Shown here piece after piece: positions 42,515-56,155 of a stretch of DNA of 64,000 bases. The stretch spans positions 789,162 to 853,161 of the forward strand of contig JAHDYR010000064.1 of the NCBI GenBank assembly GCA_019828565.1, read 5' to 3'. The notes beneath the pieces are model-generated. The model did no database searches, was not told the origin of the DNA, and saw only the letters and a program-made list of their open reading frames with translations. Numbering within the stretch: position 1 is the first letter of the stretch; each line of letters starts with the position of its first letter. The position numbers and the translations under genes were made by a program. This DNA comes from Carpediemonas membranifera BICM. Lineage: Eukaryota; Protista; Fornicata.

Positions 42515-42713
42515 GCGCCGGCCTAGCGTCTGTACTAGTAAACTACATGGCAGGGTATTACGTGTTTGCTGGAATGTGTATAAGCAGACTTTGCTTTTTG
42601 ATTTTTGTTGATGTGAGCCTGCCCTTGACGGCGAGGACCGCGTGTGGTGATCGAAGGATCTGGTGTACCTTACAGTATACCTGTCATGGAGATGGCCGCC
42701 TGTGACTGTGGCG

Positions 42714-45300
42714 ATTCCCTCCTCTCGCGACTCAGGAGGAGGTTTTCCAGCAAGTGGCTTACCCAATAGTCGCAGCAGCAATCAGAGGTATCCCGGGAGC
42801 GCTCATGGCGTACGGGACGACGGGATCGGGCAAGTGTCTCGCCCGCGGCACCAAGGTTCTTATGTCCAGCGGTCAGTTCCAGTGCGCTGAGGGCATCCAG
42901 GCCGGCGACATGATCATGGGTGCCGAGGGGACCCCCAAGCGCGTCCTGACAGTCGCCCGAGGCCGGGAGGAGATGGCGCGGGTTGAGACGGGGGACGGGG
43001 CGTTCACCTGCAACATGTCCCACGTCATATCATTCATGATGAGCGGTGCTGGACCTACCTTGACCAAGGACAGCGACTGTCGTGTCGAGTTCGTCCTCGT
43101 CAGCCGCGACGAGGCCAATGAGGTCACCGCCGTCAGAGCCGGATCCGAGACTTTCCCAGATGCTGACGCCGCCGAGGCATTCAAGACCACCATGGAGCAG
43201 CCCAACGCTGTGCACGAAGGCTTACCCGTCCTGCACGACGGCACCATCCTCGACATGCCAGTCAGACGTTTCCTCGACGACGAATGCATGCACCTCAGCC
43301 TCCGCGAGCGGTCCTTCATGTTCCACGCCCCCCGCATCGAGCGGTTCGACACGCCTGCAGCCCTCGCTAATTCACCGCCGGCCGTGGTCGATGACGTCCC
43401 TGACGCCCCCTCGTTCGAGTGGACCCTCGGTGCTTGGCTCGGTGCTGGGAGCCTGGGCCACAAGGGCGTCCCCCAACTCACCACAGCCGACCCAGACGTT
43501 GTCGAAGGGTTCACGTTGGCGGTCAAGTCGGTCGGCTGCCGCCTTGTTCCGGCTGACGAGGCTGACACGTACAACCTCCTCGGTGCCGACGGTCTCGACA
43601 GCCCCTTCCTGACATGGCTGCGGGCCAACGACCTCTGCTCCGCCAAACACGTTCCCCTAGCCATCAAGGTCGGCTCCGTGCAGCAGCGGCTCAGCCTCCT
43701 GGCCGGGTTCATCGACACCAACGGCACGCTCGACAGTGGCGCCTTCGTCATCACCCACGCACAGGGCCAGGTCGAGGAGGACATCAAGTTCATCGCCCGC
43801 TCCCTCGGGTTCCCTGTCACCGTGGGTTCCCATGAGGACCGCCCCTGCGCTATGATCCACGCCACCGCGCCCCTCCCATGCCGCAAGGTGGTCCCCTTGC
43901 CCAACAGCAGCGGGCCCGACCCCGTCGGCTTCACCGTCACCCCCAGCCCGAGGACGACTACTACGGCTTCACCATGGAGGGCCCGACCTGCCGCTTCGTT
44001 GTCACGGAGAGCATGCTGGTGACCCACAACACCTACACGATGCTCGGCCAGCCGGGCACCCCCGGGATTGTGGGGCACGTCATCGCTAACCTCATGAGCA
44101 AGATCACCGTCAGCACCGACCGGGCTGGCCGGAGCACTGGCCGCCCGCCCCAGTTCACTGTGGAGATGGCCTTCATCGAGGTTTACAACGAGAAGATCCG
44201 GGACCTCCCTCGCAGCAAGGGGCCCCGCCGCAGAGGACGAGGAGGGACGGGTGCAAGGACCGTTCTTGACCCTACGGGAGCATGCTACCAAGGGCTGGGT
44301 GCTCCCGGACATGAAGTCGGAACCGGTGGTGACGATCGATGACGCCGAGCAGCTGCTGAGGCGGGGAACGATGTGTCGGACTCGGAGCAGCACCAGTCTG
44401 AATGAAGCGAGCTCGCGGTCACATGCAATGATCATTCTCCGAGTGATCACGGCTGAGACGGACGCCACGATCAGCCTGGTCGACCTGGCTGGCTCTGAGC
44501 GGGCCTCAGCTGAGCGTGGTAAGGAGGGCGACGGTCGGCGACAGCAGGAGGGCTCACACATCAACAAGTCCCTCCTGGCGCTGGGCACGTGCATTACAGC
44601 CTTGGCACTGGGCCGGTGGGCGCCGTATCGTGACTCGAAGCTGACTCTGCTGCTCCAGCGGGTGTTGTCGGGGCACAGCATGGCCGGGATCATCACATGC
44701 CTGTCGCCCGTGGCCGAGTCCATCGTTGACAACGTTGCTGCCATCCAATACGCCGCCAGGGCCACACAGGTCCCAACGAAGAGTGTCACGATCCAACGGC
44801 AGACGCCCGCTGACAAGAACACGACCATGCTGAAGTCGACGGTGGCCCAGCTGACCAAGGAGGTCGAGTCCTTGACTGGCCAGCTGGGTGAGCGTGACGC
44901 GCTCAAGGCCGAGGTGGCCAGGCTGAATCAGCAGATATCGTTCCTCCGCAAGAACATGGACGAGATGGCCGATCGACTGGCGCTGTACGAGCAGGAACGG
45001 CAGCTGCAGCCGATACTCGCACGGCAACGGAACAACGGCGGTCTTGTGTCGCCCCGGCGGGAGAAGCACGCGAGTCCGGAGCCGGGCATCGGGTCGTCTG
45101 TCGGCAACAACACTGTTCCACTGCCGAAGATGTCGCCGCGACGCAGCAGCATAACCCCAGCAACGATGACGCGGCGAAGCAGTCAGATTCAGATCACTCC
45201 GACACCGCGGGGTGAGGCCGCGGCCAAGGCTGTGATCAGTCCAAGCACTGGTCAGCTGCAGCATAAGTTGGATCTGCTAGAGAGCATATATAACAGGTGA
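42714..45300 (+). pseudogene. 5'-truncated duplicate of the intein-containing kinesin (intein 42835-44030)
   Basis: Begins mid motor domain (FPPLATQEEVF) and lacks the first ~185 codons; 1-bp indels at about 43940 and 44208. Confidence 0.88.
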
Positions 45301-46286
45301 ATTTATCGGTAGCGGTAATAACCTCGTAGCTTAACATAAACGCATGCTTTGTTTCGGAGATTACAGGGCTGGTGCCGTGTAGTGCGCCGAAGGGGAATAT
45401 TATCGCTGAGCAAATAAACGACAGGCGACATACGACCGTACAATGACGTGAGCATCGACCAATATCGGTCTCGCGGATCGGTGATCAATGGACGCAAGCA
45501 ACAGGCGGCACAGCGACGACATTCAGAGAGAAAGAGCTCGACTTGACCCTGGCCGTCAATCTTGAAGCAGTGAGCAGCTTGTTGCATCCGACAAGAGGAA
45601 AGCAAGGCAAGGTATTACCAGCAACCGAGATCACCACTTAACGCAGACGGCATCAGAAGACCACAGCACTGCCAAGCCAGACGTGACCAAGAAACGAGAA
45701 GACGTCGAAAGGCTCTCCCACTGCCGAATTTGCTGCTGACACAATAAATGCATTGCCACGCATTACATATGGCAAGACAGCTTATGTGCAGCGGTCCACG
45801 GTAGTCAGACAGGCTGACGATCCGGCAGACTACGTCTATTCCCACAGGGGGGGGGGTAGGTAATTTCTTGTGTCGCGTTCTCGCGGGTCTAACTCTGTGT
45901 AAGCCGGAATAACAATAAGTTACCTCGCTCGACCTTACGTGTTGCCGAGCGTCACCCTCTCGATAGTGGGGATTGGGAGCATGGCTCCGCGGTTTCAGTT
46001 CGCTCTTGAACAACTGAACTGCCCGTATGAGACGCAAGATCCCATCCTTGAGATCGTATCGTATCAACCTCGACCTCTCAAGCCGAAGTGTTGGCTCCGC
46101 TGGCCTTGCCATTCACCAAATAATCATAACAGAATTGAACAATTTCGGAAAAACGTCTGACGTTGCAAACATATTCATTCACTAGTCAATCCAAACGGGG
46201 GAGAAATATTTACAGCGCGATATCTATGTAAGCGGGAAATATTTCTGTCACCCGAGTTACCAGTCGAGTGACTCCGCCGTCTGGCG
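42714..46286. repeat. Right arm of 3.57-kb inverted duplication
   Basis: Reverse complement of 32235-35806. Confidence 0.93.
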
Positions 46287-46733
46287 CTTAGTATTACTAA
46301 GTAGGCTTTGGTCTTTTAAGCAGAGCCGCAGGGACGGCTTCGGCCCTGTAAGGTGACCTTCAGTTGAAACCGCCGGCGGGAGCTATCCAGCCACAAAACC
46401 AAGTATATCACAAGCTATCAAACGAACATTTACAGCATAAAGCAGCACAGACGTCGGTTCACATCCGAAATTTTCACCGCCAAGAACCAGGAGGTAAGGA
46501 ATTTTGCATCTCAATCATTTGATTCATTTAGGGGGATTCCGCATATACTCCACATAGAGCCCGAGCGATTCAGCGAGACCCTTGTCCAGGGCATGCCAAC
46601 TCGTGTTTTGTATGCGCGACCAACTTCGAAAAATGGTCGCGACCCAGCGCAACGAGTTGGAATGGGATCATCGGGAGATTGGCTTAATCGCGAGGGCTAG
46701 CTGAGTGCTGGTGATCAAGGGGGTGTGCCGCTG

Positions 46734-47190
46734 CTACCCCGGGGCCGCATTGCGGTTGCCCGAGGCGTTCGAAGCTGTGAAGTGGCGCTGTGAGGAGCGC
46801 TGGAAGTACCTGTTGCGCGAGAAAGGCTTACGGATCTGCTGGCGATGGCGGAAGCTCTGGGGCGGAGCGGCTTTCTTCGCTTTCGCGGCTAGCTTGATGA
46901 ATTCTCGCGGGTTGTTCTCGGTTGCAGCTGTAACTTGGAAGTAGCGTGCGGCGTCCTCCCCAACGTCGTCGAGGACACGGAGGAACTCAAGGCGGCGCTC
47001 GATAATGATGTTCACTTTGGTTGCTATCGTCTCAATAGACGTGGTTGCGGGGTCAGCAAGAACGGTCTTGATCTCGGCGTGAATAGCACGCAGGTGCGAG
47101 AATTCCTTTGTGACGGCCGGGATCTTAGAAGGCTTTCGAGTGTCTTCGGCATTGGTCCGAACGTCCTCAACAGACTCAACAAGGCTTGCA
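46734..47190 (-). mobile_element. Possible gag-like fragment of a DIRS/Ngaro-type retroelement
   Basis: IIERRLEFLRVLDDVGEDAARYF followed by a basic tail recalls YR-retrotransposon ORF1; 5'-truncated where family A sequence begins. Weak similarity, from memory only. Confidence 0.3.
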
Positions 47191-48019
47191 GGCAGCGAGC
47201 TTGTCGAGGTCTCGGGTAAAAGGCTCCCAAGTTGCCTCACTATCGTCGTAGCCGTGCCAGAGCACGTGGAATTGGAGGTTCCTCTGCCTGCAGCGGTGGG
47301 CGTCAACTCCTCGGACGACATACTCGTTGTGCAGGCGGGCGGCCCATCGTTGCAGCTCAGCATCTGTATATGACCCCTTAAACGTATAAAGAGAGTCTGC
47401 GTGCGCTGTGACGGTTGCAAGAGTTGTCAGGTCCTTGAGGGTGTAGACGTTAGGGTGGTCGCCAGGTGAGAGGACTCGCATAGGGCCTCGGATGATAGGG
47501 CCAACGGGCGTGTCTCGCCGGAGTAGAACCGCTGCGCCAACGATTGGTGCGTGCGTCTCCGAAGGGGGCTCGCGTGACACTGCTGATCCTTGGTGGGCCT
47601 GAAGGGCGAGGAGGGATGAGCGGAAGTGCTCGAGGGAAATAGGGGAGTCATCGGTCGCGTTGTTGGTCGTGTGGAGCTGCTTACCGAAGAGAGCTGCATT
47701 GGCCGAAAGGCCGCTGTACTCATAGGGGATGTCGTTGAGCAGAATCACTGTGTTGGGGACTTCCTCAGGCCAGCTCCTGCCTGATTCAAGGGTAAAAGCC
47801 TTCAAATGGCGCTTGATCTCGGCGTTGCGTCTTTCAACTACACCACGGCCTGCCGGGTGATAAGCTGTACCGAGTTCATGCCTAATGCCATTCTCGGCCA
47901 CGAATGACTTGAATGCCTGGGAAGAGAATCCGGATGCGTTGTCAGAGACGATAGCTTCGGGTATTCCATAGTGTTTGATCCAGTGTTCTAAAGAGTTGAT
48001 GACCTCTGCTGTCGAGGTC
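47191..48019 (-). mobile_element. Family A copy 3 fragment (integrase and chromodomain), host of element C
   Basis: Near-identical to 51272-52101; cut within the chromodomain tail with no 3' LTR. Confidence 0.9.
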
Positions 48020-48096
48020 TGTCATAAGGCATCCACGTCCGCAGTTTATGTAAATGTTCCAATCTCTTCGCCCCGGCACAGTGATCACTTTCCGAA

Positions 48097-50059
48097 ATGA
48101 ATAATTGGATTCCGCCATCACTATCGGACTTCTCTAGAGAGTCCGTTCGCGCGTTCAAACGCGCCCTCACGTTCGCGCAGAAGCATGCTCCTACCACAAC
48201 CGTCATAACGGCTTACGAGTGCCTCACCGAGGATCAAGTCAGTCATGTCCGATTTGTCCGCAACGTCGACGTCGAAGCACTCAACGACGCAGAACTTCTC
48301 GCCGAAATCACCGCTCTTTCTTTCCCGAGAACCCTTGAGAAAACCATCCAAGAAATCCGGGCCCTCACGCAGGACCGAACCAAGTCCACGATCGAGGCCG
48401 TATCTCGTCTCATGGCTGAGACCGAGGAGCTGCGCTCCCACGCCCATGCCCTTCTCAACGCCGAGCTCGGCGCCAAGCCAGAGCCAGAGCCCGCCGAGGT
48501 GGATGAAGACGAGGCCGCCCTCAGCAAGGTCATCACCCAGAAGCCAGACAGCACGCCGAGTGAGCAGGACCACCCCGAGAAAAGCCAGCCCCACCCGCGG
48601 ACTCGATAAGATCATCGCCAAAGCTTTTATCGCCGCCCTTCGCCCGGTCTCACTTGCCAACCGTATTCAGCAAAAGTGGGACCTCTCTGGCGCCCGGGAC
48701 ATCGATAGCTTATTTGTGCACACGCGCGAGCTCATACTGCACGCCATTGACGCCCGTGAAGTCCTCGGAAGCGTGATTCAAGACATATCCATCACATCCT
48801 CCAGCACGAGCTCCATCACGAGCTCCAGCACTGGCCCGAAACATAGCCAGAACGCCAACACCAGATCCCGCCGCGAGCGCCGGCGCCCTCCTCCATACGC
48901 GTGCTCGTGTGGAGGCATGCACTGGAAGGCTGATTGCCCGCACCGCGGCAGCACGCCCGGACAGCCCCAGGCTACCAAAGGCCACCCCGCCGCGGCCCGC
49001 GACGCCAGACCGGCACCTCAGCCGCAACGCCAGCCCCAAGCGGCCAACAAACCGGCTCAGCCACAGCCGGCACCAGCTGCTCAGAAGCAGCAGCAACAGT
49101 CATCCCAGCAGCCACAGCCTCGCCCCCGACGAGAGACGCGCTGGGAACATGGTGCTCCGGGACAGATCCAAGCTGATCAACTCTCGTCCAGGAGTCCACG
49201 AAGTCGAAGTCGCACACAATGCTTGTGATGATGCCTTTATCGAAGAAGTTGCCGCTTCAACTGCATTCTCAGTTAAGGGAGCTGTGAATGACCAAGAACA
49301 GGTGATATTGATCGATAGCGGCTCCGCAATCACGATCATCTCCACAACCTCCGTTAAGACGCTCCAACTCGTCACACATGAGCTTGAAAAGCCATTTACT
49401 GTTCAGTCCGTTACCAATGAGCCCATCCTCATCACTCACTACGTCCAAGCGCGGATCACGTTGCCCAGCACATCTGGAAACGTCATCGTCGATCTCATCC
49501 TCTACATCATGACGCGCGCCACTGAACGTGTGCTCATTGGATGCGACGTGCTTCGCGCGCTCGGTTATCTCTCCGAGAGTGGCCTCCACATCCCACTTCT
49601 TCCGGATTCACGCCCGGAGGACGCCACCGATGGCCTCCCACTCCACAAGTACCTCGACGCCCCCGTCGAGGCCGTCTCCTCAAGCGAGTTACACACCGAC
49701 GCGTGTGAGATACACGAGCTCTCCACCAAGGCCCAGACGAGCTACATTCGATCCTCCGTCGGTTCGATCACCTATTCGACCCCGTCATAAGCAAACAGCC
49801 GTGCTCGTTTGCCCCTATGCGCATCCCGCTTTACGACAACGCCCCTCCGATCCTTCTTCGCCCGCGCAACCTACACCCGAAGAAGCTGGAGTGGCTGTTG
49901 CCATACGTCGAGCGCCTGCGCCAGGACGAGATCACACAGCCCTCTGAGGGGCCTTACGCAAGCCCCATCGTCCTGGTCGCAAAGGGCGACGCCTACCGTC
50001 TCTGTATCGACTACGGCCGCCTCAACTCTTGGACAGTACCCGACCGGCCCCCGATCCCC
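48097..50059 (+). pseudogene. Family C gag, protease and RT N-terminus (frameshifted)
   Basis: Knuckle-like CSCGGMHWKADC, DSG protease motif, YASPIVLVAK...YRLCIDY. Confidence 0.82.
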
Positions 50060-50780
50060 TATGCTCCTACTGGAGGAGGGAAAGAACTTTAATAAAGAGA
50101 AAACCCAATGGTTGCAAATATGGTGTAATCTATAAGTCATAAACTATGTAAGTATTGGGTAAGACCCACTACACTGCCCCTTCAGTGCCCAAATGGGCAC
50201 GACCTCAAGCGGTGTGACTGTACGGCTAGTGAGGATTTGTCGAAGAGTCAACTGCTTTGTTCACGGTTGCCACGCCGCTCGCGCCGCAGTCCATCTCATT
50301 GGCAGTGAGATGGGCTATGTCTGACCTTCTCGTCGGTGTCGCTACGCGCACTGACAATGTCTCAAATCTTTTCCTGAGATTCAAATATTTTGTGTGGTAC
50401 CACTGGATAAATAGCGCGCTGATGTAAAATGGATCCTTACCGGGGACACTGCCCCTCCACGGCCAGTATAGGCCGTCAAATGAAACAAACCCGTTTGAAA
50501 CAATCAAACGGTGCACCTTTGGCCGTTAACCGCGTCGGGATTCTCGGGGTAGAGTTGAGGATAAAGCAGGCTGCTGGTAGGTGACGTATCCAGTTGGAAT
50601 CGTGTAAGTGAAATCTCCTCGCCTTCAGGATCCGCAGGACTTCTTTGTTGACACGCTCCACCATGCCGTTCGACTGGGGGTGGTGTGGTGTTGTAATGTG
50701 CGTCTCGAAGCCCATCTCCGTCGCGAGTCTGTGGAATAGCTGATTGTTGAACTCCGGACCACCGTCTGACTGGAGGACCT

Positions 50781-53700
50781 TGTGACGGGCAGGGGACAGG
50801 AACACCGAAGGGAAACGATGAACTAACTTTAAATTGACTTTGACGATCATTGACCAATCATAAAAGAACTGATTGGGACAGCTAACACAACGTGACACTG
50901 CCTCCATGAGTGGGCATAGGCCGTCTATGTTCGTAGGGGGTTCAATTGGGGTCGCCATTCGGCCCCTCATCAATTGATTCAGAAGGATGGTGGTGAACTC
51001 GCATGGTGGAAAATCTGTCCGGATACACGCAAAATCATACAACGAACCGCTAAGTAACTAATCAACATCAATATTCTTGAACGGCGTCGTGTTCCGCATC
51101 ATTCTCAACGCAAAGCACACAATACAAGAGCCGCACTTGCAAATCTGCGGTTTCTGCCTCCGCAATGAGAGATGTGGAGTATTATTAAGTAGATGACGAC
51201 AACTAGAGAGCTTTACGGGCGCTCTTCATCTTCTTGAGCAATTGGGGATGCTCAGCAAGATAGTCGTCAAGGGCAGCGAGCTTGTCGAGGTCTCGGGTAA
51301 AAAGGCTCCCAAGTTGCCTCACTATCGTCGTAGCCGTGCCAGAGCACGTGGAATTGGAGGTTCCTCTGCCTGCAGCGGTGGGCGTCAACTCCTCGGACGA
51401 CATACTCGTTGTGCAGGCGGGCGGCCCATCGTTGCAGCTCAGCATCTGTATATGACCCCTTAAACGTATAAAGAGAGTCTGCGTGCGCTGTGACGGTTGC
51501 AAGAGTTGTCAGGTCCTTGAGGGTGTAGACGTTAGGGTGGTCGCCAGGTGAGAGGACTCGCATAGGGCCTCGGATGATAGGGCCAACGGGCGTGTCTCGC
51601 CGGAGTAGAACCGCTGCGCCAACGATTGGTGCGTGCGTCTCCGAAGGGGGCTCGCGTGACACTGCTGATCCTTGGTGGGCCTGAAGGGCGAGGAGGGATG
51701 AGCGGAAGTGCTCGAGGGAAATAGGGGAGTCATCGGTCGCGTTGTTGGTCGTGTGGAGCTGCTTACCGAAGAGAGCAGCGTTGGCTGAAAGGCCGCTGTA
51801 CTCATAGGGGATGTCGTTGAGCAGAATCACTGTGTTGGGGACTTCCTCAGGCCAGCTCCTGCCTGATTCAAGGGTAAAAGCCTTCAAATGGCGCTTGATC
51901 TCGGCGTTGCGTCTTTCAACTACACCACGGCCTGCCGGGTGATAAGCTGTACCGAGTTCATGCCTAATGCCATTCTCGGCCACGAATGACTTGAATGCCT
52001 GGGAAGAGAATCCGGATGCGTTGTCAGAGACGATAGCTTCGGGTATTCCATAGTGTTTGATCCAGTGTTCTAAAGAGTTGATGACCTCTGCTGTCGAGGT
52101 CGACTGTGTCGGGTACACTTGGGTGAGCTTAGAGAATGTGTCAACTACGACTAGTGCGTGCCGGAGTGAGGGGTGACCATCTAGCGGACCAATGTGGTCC
52201 ATTTGTACCACTTGGAAGGGGTATGTCCCAGCCAATGCATGCGGGTGCTGGCCGACGGGTTGAACGTTCAGACGGGTGAGCTGACAGACTGGGCACTCAC
52301 TTACCCATTGTTGGACGTCTTTGTGGAGACCCGGCCAAGATTGTCCCGCATTCGCGATGCGACGGCAGGTGGCGCGAACACCGAGGTGTCCTGCTGAACC
52401 GCCATGGTGTGCCTTGAACGTCTCGCGCTTGTTGAGCGATGCTTCTGCAGTGCTCACATGGACTAGGCGAGATAGCGTGTCAGCAACGGTGTTCTCTTGA
52501 CCAGGGATATGGACGAGGTCGAAGTCGAACTCATTCATCGCTAGTCGCCAGCGAATGACTTTGGCGTTGGTGGATTTGTGGGCAAATAACAGGTTGCGGT
52601 GGTCAGTATGTGTTACGAAGTGGCGTCCGGCGAGATATCGCTTCATCTTCGTCATTCCAAAGTAAAGACCGTAACATTCCTGTTCAGTGGTGGACCAGCG
52701 GCGCTGGGTTGGGTTCAAAGTGTGGGAGAAGAAGGCGATGGGGTGCCCTTCCTCGTTCGCGAGCATGCCGCCAACGGCGACGTCCGAGGCGTCGGTGTAC
52801 AGATGGAGTGTCTCATCAGGTTGTGGGTGTCGTAGCACCCTTTCCGTTAGTAACTCTGTCTTGACTGCCTCAAGGGCTCTTTGTTGACTGGAACCCCAGG
52901 CGAAGGGGCCTGCAGTGGCTCTGGTGAGCACAGTGATTGGCTCTGTGATGTCGGCATACCTCTCGATGATGGGGCGGAAGTAGTTTGCCAGGCCTAGCAC
53001 CGAGCGGGCTTCAGTCAGGTTGGTGGGGGGCTTGATGTCGCGAATCGCCTGGAGGCGATCAGGAGCGATCCTGCGGCCTCGTGAATTGAGTCTCCATCCT
53101 AAGTAGTCGATTTCTTCGACACCGAGGACTGTCTTGGCAGCGTTAAGGCGGAGACCCGCCGCGTGAAGCTTGTGCAGAACGTCCCGGAGGTTCTTCAAGA
53201 AGGTGTTCCTATCCTTCCCATATATGATGACGTCGTCCACGTACGCTAAGGCCTGAGTGTACAGGCTGTCACTGAGAACGGCTTCGAGAGCCCGTTGACA
53301 CTGGATAGGGGCATTCTTCATTCCAAACGGCATGCGGCAGTACTCAAATTTCCCCAGGCCATCCACTGTGAAGGCAGTATACTTGCAACTATCACTAGCC
53401 ATGGGAACTTGATGAAAAGCCGATTTCAGGTCTCAAGCCGCGAAGAATTTTGCTCCCTCGAGGTGATCCAGGAGGTTGTCTATCAGTGGCAGGGGGTGAC
53501 TGTCGGGCGAGGTGATGAGATTGAGGGCTCGGAAATCTAGGCATAGTCGTAGGGCTCCGCCCCGCTTCTTAGCCATGACTATCGGGTTGTTGAATGCCGA
53601 TGTGGATCTCCGGATGATACCCTGGGCCTCTAGTTCATGGACTTGGCGCACAATCTCGGTCCGTACAGGTGTGGAATAGCGGTAGGGGTAGACGTTAATG

Positions 53701-55176
53701 ACTTTGTCTGGGTCTTCGGTCTTGACCTTGAAGGGGGGCAGAGTTGATGTCACGGACAGATCTTCCTCGAAGAGGCCAGGTAGATCTTGCAAAATTCGCG
53801 ATATCTGCTCCTCGAACTTCATGATCGTAGGTGTGGTGGTCTCAGTTGCGTCATGTAGGGCATCCACATCGAACATGTCGTCGTAATCATCCCCAACCTC
53901 CACAATGAGGTCGTCAGCGGGGAATTGGATCAATCCGGCGGACACGAGCAAGGGGAACCCAATGACTGTAGGAGCTGGGAGCTTTTCGCGCATGATAATG
54001 AACTTTGTCTTGATCGTGAGCTTGTGGCCAGTGGCGGAGGGGAACTCACAGTCAGCCGTCATTACATGGGTCGTATTAACCTTCTGTCCAGTGAACAACT
54101 GGACCTGATGGGACTCGAGTGAAGGCTCAATGGGCAGCGAGGAAGCTAGCTCTTCTGAGATAAAGTTGGCCGTGGCGCCAGTGTCGTACAACGCAGATGA
54201 GGGGCACTGCAGGAGGCGGATCGGGAACAGGGGACGAGCAGAGGCTTGGCTAGGCTTACCTTGGGTCAGAGCTGCGAGGAGAAAGTCAACGTATGCCTGC
54301 CCTTTACTCTTGGACCGGCGACCTTCTCTCTCCGCTTGCTCAGCCTTTCTGGCTTGCGCAATAGCTGCCTGAGCCGTTCGTTCAAACGATCGCTTGTCCT
54401 TGTAGGTGGCGCAGCGCTCACGTAGACGGTCTCCGCGCACGTTGGTCAGGAACTTCTGAACTAACGAAGACTCCTTCGGACGGACATGCGCGCAGTTCAT
54501 AATCATCCGCGAGTAAAGGAACACATAGGTTAGCATGGACTCGTAGAGGTTACCGTCGGGGAACTTGATATCGTCGAACCGGTCGAGAGCATCTTGCTTA
54601 TCAAGGGGGGGCGAAGATGCGGTTCACGCGATCAATAAAAGCCTCATTCCAGTCTTCGGGAGGGGGAGCCAGCTCATTGTCATCATCGGAAGAGGATGAG
54701 TCGGAGTCGTCAGACGTGTCTTCGTCCTCTTCTTCTTCTGCAGGCGCGGCGGCGACCATAGCGATCTGGCCTACATTCTCCTCGGCCACTTCAGGCACAT
54801 GAGGAGATTCAAGTGCCGCGCGCGCTTCTGCGATAAAGGCATGGAGCTCAGGATCACTCAGCTCCAGGAGCTGAATAACAATGGGGCTAATGAGACTGAA
54901 GATCGGAATTTCGGAGTTCGTGCGGGCGTTAAAAGAACGGTAATTGTCTCGGAACGAGTACCATGATTTCGGCTTAGCCGAATTCAACCATGGGGCCAAA
55001 AAGTTAGACAGGGCGTCAATGTTCATCGGGAAAGTAGCCTTAATCGAAAGTTATATAACTGTGACGGGCAGGGGACAGGAACACCGAAGGGAAACGATGA
55101 ACTAACTTTAAATTGACTTTGACGATCATTGACCAATCATAAAAGAACTGATTGGGACAGCTAACACAACGTGACA
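50781..55176 (-). mobile_element. Full-length family A copy 2, inserted in the B integrase
   Basis: LTRs 50781-50897 and 55060-55176; 5-bp TSD GACCT; splits B integrase at FGCPEV|LQSDGGPEF. Confidence 0.96.
51203..55026 (-). pseudogene. Family A2 gag-pol with a TTA>TGA stop at about 53433 and two homopolymer indels
   Basis: Direct comparison with copy A1. Confidence 0.88.
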
Positions 55177-56124
55177 GACCTCCGGGCAACCAAAGCGTAG
55201 CACCCAGTTGTTGACGAAGGCGTTGGCCGCAGCCTCGCCCGTGGTGCCGTTGACGGGTACCAGCTCGATCCAGCGACTGCACATGTCTATGATCACGGTC
55301 AAATGAGTATAACCGTCTGCCTCGGGGAAGGGACCCATCGTGTCTATGGCTACACGCTTGAATGGTTGATCGACACCAGTGTATAGGGCCTCGGGCTGGT
55401 CGACAGGTGGACGCTCGAGCACTTGGCACACTGGACAGGCGGACACGTACTCGTCGACTGCGGCACGTGATACAGACATATTGTCGGCTCTCAGTCGCTC
55501 TATGGTCATCCTCCTCGATAGATGTGCCCCAGCGGTCTCATGCGCCGTCTTAATATCTGCCGTCGACGCTGTTTGTCTCACTGTGAACACTCTCGATAGG
55601 CCATCGGCTGCGCCGTTATCTAGACCCGGGATGTGTTGAATGTCGAAATCCAGGTCCGCTATCGCGTCGGCCCAGCGCTTCACCTTCGAGTTGACGCTGC
55701 GATACATGAATAGTAGATTGCGGTGATCTGTCAGCAGGGTGAACTTTCCCCACGACAGGAACTTCCGCCACTTCTGCAGGGCTGCGACGATGGCATAAGC
55801 CTCCTTCTCGTTCGTGGCCCAGCTCGACTGCACGTCATTGAACGCCTTACTCATGTAGCACACGGGCTTGCCTTCTTGCAAAAGCACTGCGCCGTATCCG
55901 AGTCCGGATGCGTCTGTCATGACAGTATGCTCCTTGGTTGCGTCGAACAGCTGTAGGGTATGCTTGGAGGTGAGTGCCTTCTTGAGGCGATCGAGCGCGT
56001 CTTGCTGTTGTGCGCCGCCGATCTGGATCTTGCCTGCCATTGCGTCAGTCAGCGGCTTGGCGATCACGGCAAAGTCGTTCACGAAGTCCCTGAAATAATT
56101 GAGGAATCCGACTAGTCCCTGCAT
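55177..56124 (-). CDS. Family B RNase H and integrase N-terminal part (continues 50780-50476)
   Basis: MTDASG, EKEAYA, TDHRNL, H..GAH...CPVC, AIDTMG. Confidence 0.82.
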
Positions 56125-56155
56125 CCCCCTGACGGATTTGGGAAGGACCAGGTCG

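Noticed and set aside
42873-44906. Long antisense ORFs (also 15567-16793, 19399-20352, 10096-11052)
   Set aside because: Shadow frames of GC3-rich genes on the opposite strand, with no motifs of their own.
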